From assembly GCA_963805855.1 (NCBI GenBank), contig CAWDVW010000007.1, positions 512,001 to 576,000 on the forward strand: a DNA stretch of 64,000 nt. The letters run 5' to 3'. The notes under the pieces were generated by a model that was not told the DNA's origin, made no database searches, and saw only the letters and a program-made list of their open reading frames with translations. Each line of letters begins with the position of its first letter. Positions within the stretch are counted from its first letter, which is position 1. Made by a program: the position numbers and the translations under genes. Shown here piece by piece: positions 62,438 to 64,000 of the stretch. The DNA comes from Candidatus Dadabacteria bacterium (GTDB taxonomy: Bacteria > Desulfobacterota_D > UBA1144 > Nemesobacterales > CSP1-2).

Positions 62438-63460
62438 TCATACGACAAAGAATAGCAGCACAATTAGCGAAAAAGCTGTTATACCGAGTCGAATATTTGG
62501 ATACGGAGGTTTATAGATATTCTTTGGGCGTACCAACCTTGTTACTCTGTTCTCGATTCGTACCCTGTGCGAGTGACTCTCAATATTATGAGCTATTGAT
62601 AAGATTCTACCTCTAAAGCCGGACTTTGATATTTGAGAAGACCCACCTGCTTTACCCATCCGAAAAATTTTTACTAAGCTTGAAGCGATAGCAAGCGGCT
62701 TCCCGGTAAACGTTGAAGCAAGATCATCGCAGAGTGTCTCTCGTTCATTTATGATTCTTCGAAATTCAACAAGGACAACCGGATTATAAAACATGATGAA
62801 TCGAAAAGTGAATAATACCCAACCTGTGGCGTTATCCTTTCTCAATACGTGACCCATCTCATGGGCAAGCACCCCTTGTAGCTCTTCAAGGTCGAGAGCC
62901 TCTATGAGAGAATAGGAGATGTTGATGGAACCGTTCGTCAGCCCTTTTGCATATATTATAGGCTCTTTCCCGTTTAATAGGAAAATCCTTGGCACAGCCA
63001 TAGGTAACCTTTGCTCCAGATCTCTTATGACTCCATCAAGTTTAGGAATTGTACCACTCCTATAAAGGGTCTTATCGTCCTCTCCAGCATAGTGATGAAT
63101 TAGTGTCGGAATAGCTTCTTGTACAACAAAAATAAGGGTCACAACTCCCAATAGGACAAGAGCTAAATGCCAAACCAAAATGCCGTCAACCAATCTTAAA
63201 AGTAGCCATTGGTTTATATCGAAGATAGCCATATCTTCACGGAACTCCGAGCTTCCGCGATGAGGATAGATCAGTTGATACAGAGGGAAAGATAAAACCG
63301 GAATCAGTATTACGAGACTACGAAACCTGATTTGTAGGAGCGGACGCTCTTCATGCCATATTTTTAATAATACTTCAATAACAAGGGCTATGATAAAAGA
63401 ATGCAGTACACACTGAAACACATATTGACTAAAACTAAATTCCAAAAAATCCATTTCCAT
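62438..63460 (-). CDS. M56 (BlaR1/MecR1-like) membrane metallopeptidase
   Basis: TM segments, LAHEMGH (HExxH), FYNP, ERETLCDD. Confidence 0.85.
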   Translation of the reverse strand: MEMDFLEFSFSQYVFQCVLHSFIIALVIEVLLKIWHEERPLLQIRFRSLVILIPVLSFPLYQLIYPHRGSSEFREDMAIFDINQWLLLRLVDGILVWHLALVLLGVVTLIFVVQEAIPTLIHHYAGEDDKTLYRSGTIPKLDGVIRDLEQRLPMAVPRIFLLNGKEPIIYAKGLTNGSINISYSLIEALDLEELQGVLAHEMGHVLRKDNATGWVLFTFRFIMFYNPVVLVEFRRIINERETLCDDLASTFTGKPLAIASSLVKIFRMGKAGGSSQISKSGFRGRILSIAHNIESHSHRVRIENRVTRLVRPKNIYKPPYPNIRLGITAFSLIVLLFFVV

Positions 63461-63517
63461 ATTCTATCAATAGACCACCTAAATACCATTTGCCCCAATG
63501 AATATCCACTGAATTTA

Positions 63518-64000
63518 TTATACATTATCCCCTTTTTCGTCCCCAGCAAGTTCTTTATTCTCTTCATTCTTAGTCCAGGATTTAATAACCTCTGCGTATT
63601 CTAAAGGGTGATCTTTTTCCATTCTCTCTCGTGAAATCTTTCCAGTGAATATACTCGGGTCGAATGGAAATACATCGGGGTTAAAATGTGCTCCATACAT
63701 ATGCCAGATAATTATGACGAGAAAGGCAAGCAGAGCCTCATAACCGTGGACAGTTTCCGCTACAGGTATGATCACTCCCGGTAAGAATTTTGTAAAAAAG
63801 ATCGGAAAGTAGAGGACAAAGCCTGAAACGATCATAAACATCCCGCCGAGTACAAGTCCCCAATATTCAAACTTTTGCCTAAAATCGTAGCGACCGAATT
63901 TAGGGTGCTCCTCGGAAAGCCCCATGTAGTATCTAAGCATTCCCACGGCATCGTTGAAATCCTTAAATGTTGGGATTATCGAAGGTCGTACCTTTCTCAG
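63518..64000 (-). CDS. FdnI-type cytochrome b (CbcB-like), C-terminal part; runs off the window edge
   Basis: Open to the window end; RYDFRQKFEYWG, HGYEALLA, WHMY, HFNPDVFP, HPLEY. Confidence 0.85.
   Translation of the reverse strand: MRKVRPSIIPTFKDFNDAVGMLRYYMGLSEEHPKFGRYDFRQKFEYWGLVLGGMFMIVSGFVLYFPIFFTKFLPGVIIPVAETVHGYEALLAFLVIIIWHMYGAHFNPDVFPFDPSIFTGKISRERMEKDHPLEYAEVIKSWTKNEENKELAGDEKGDNV

Overview
A bacterial chromosome segment, roughly 40-45% GC by eye. The proteins look like those of a diderm, deltaproteobacteria-like organism; a Dadabacteria-type lineage is a guess only. The left ~42 kb is mostly housekeeping: a partial DisA_N/DAC diadenylate cyclase, acnA-icd-mdh, yceD-rpmF-fabD-fabG-acpP-fabF (no plsX/fabH), an Opp-type peptide ABC transporter, nfeD-SPFH, miaA, rimP-nusA-infB-DUF503-rbfA-nrnA-truB-rpsO-pnp, bacterioferritin, uvrB, an ECF sigma/anti-sigma/Spy-like module, an MFS pump, a cobA-hemD fusion and rsmE. 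The right ~22 kb is a heme/iron/electron-transfer island with four parts. (1) A System I*-type ccm operon with two unusual accessory genes. (2) feoB, a Cys-rich protein and a DtxR-FeoA regulator. (3) A cluster behind a sigma54 promoter encoding an octaheme cytochrome, NrfC/NrfD-like subunits, an 11-heme CbcL-like bc cytochrome and a 7-heme ImcH-like cytochrome. (4) A convergent operon of a CbcB-like cytochrome b (partial), an M56 peptidase, a membrane protein, a histidine kinase with a periplasmic CxxCH motif, and a NarL-type regulator that appears to start at ATC. Three separate +1 frameshifts suggest sequencing or assembly errors. I saw no rRNA, tRNA, CRISPR array or intact transposase. All family assignments come from motif recognition, not from database searches.
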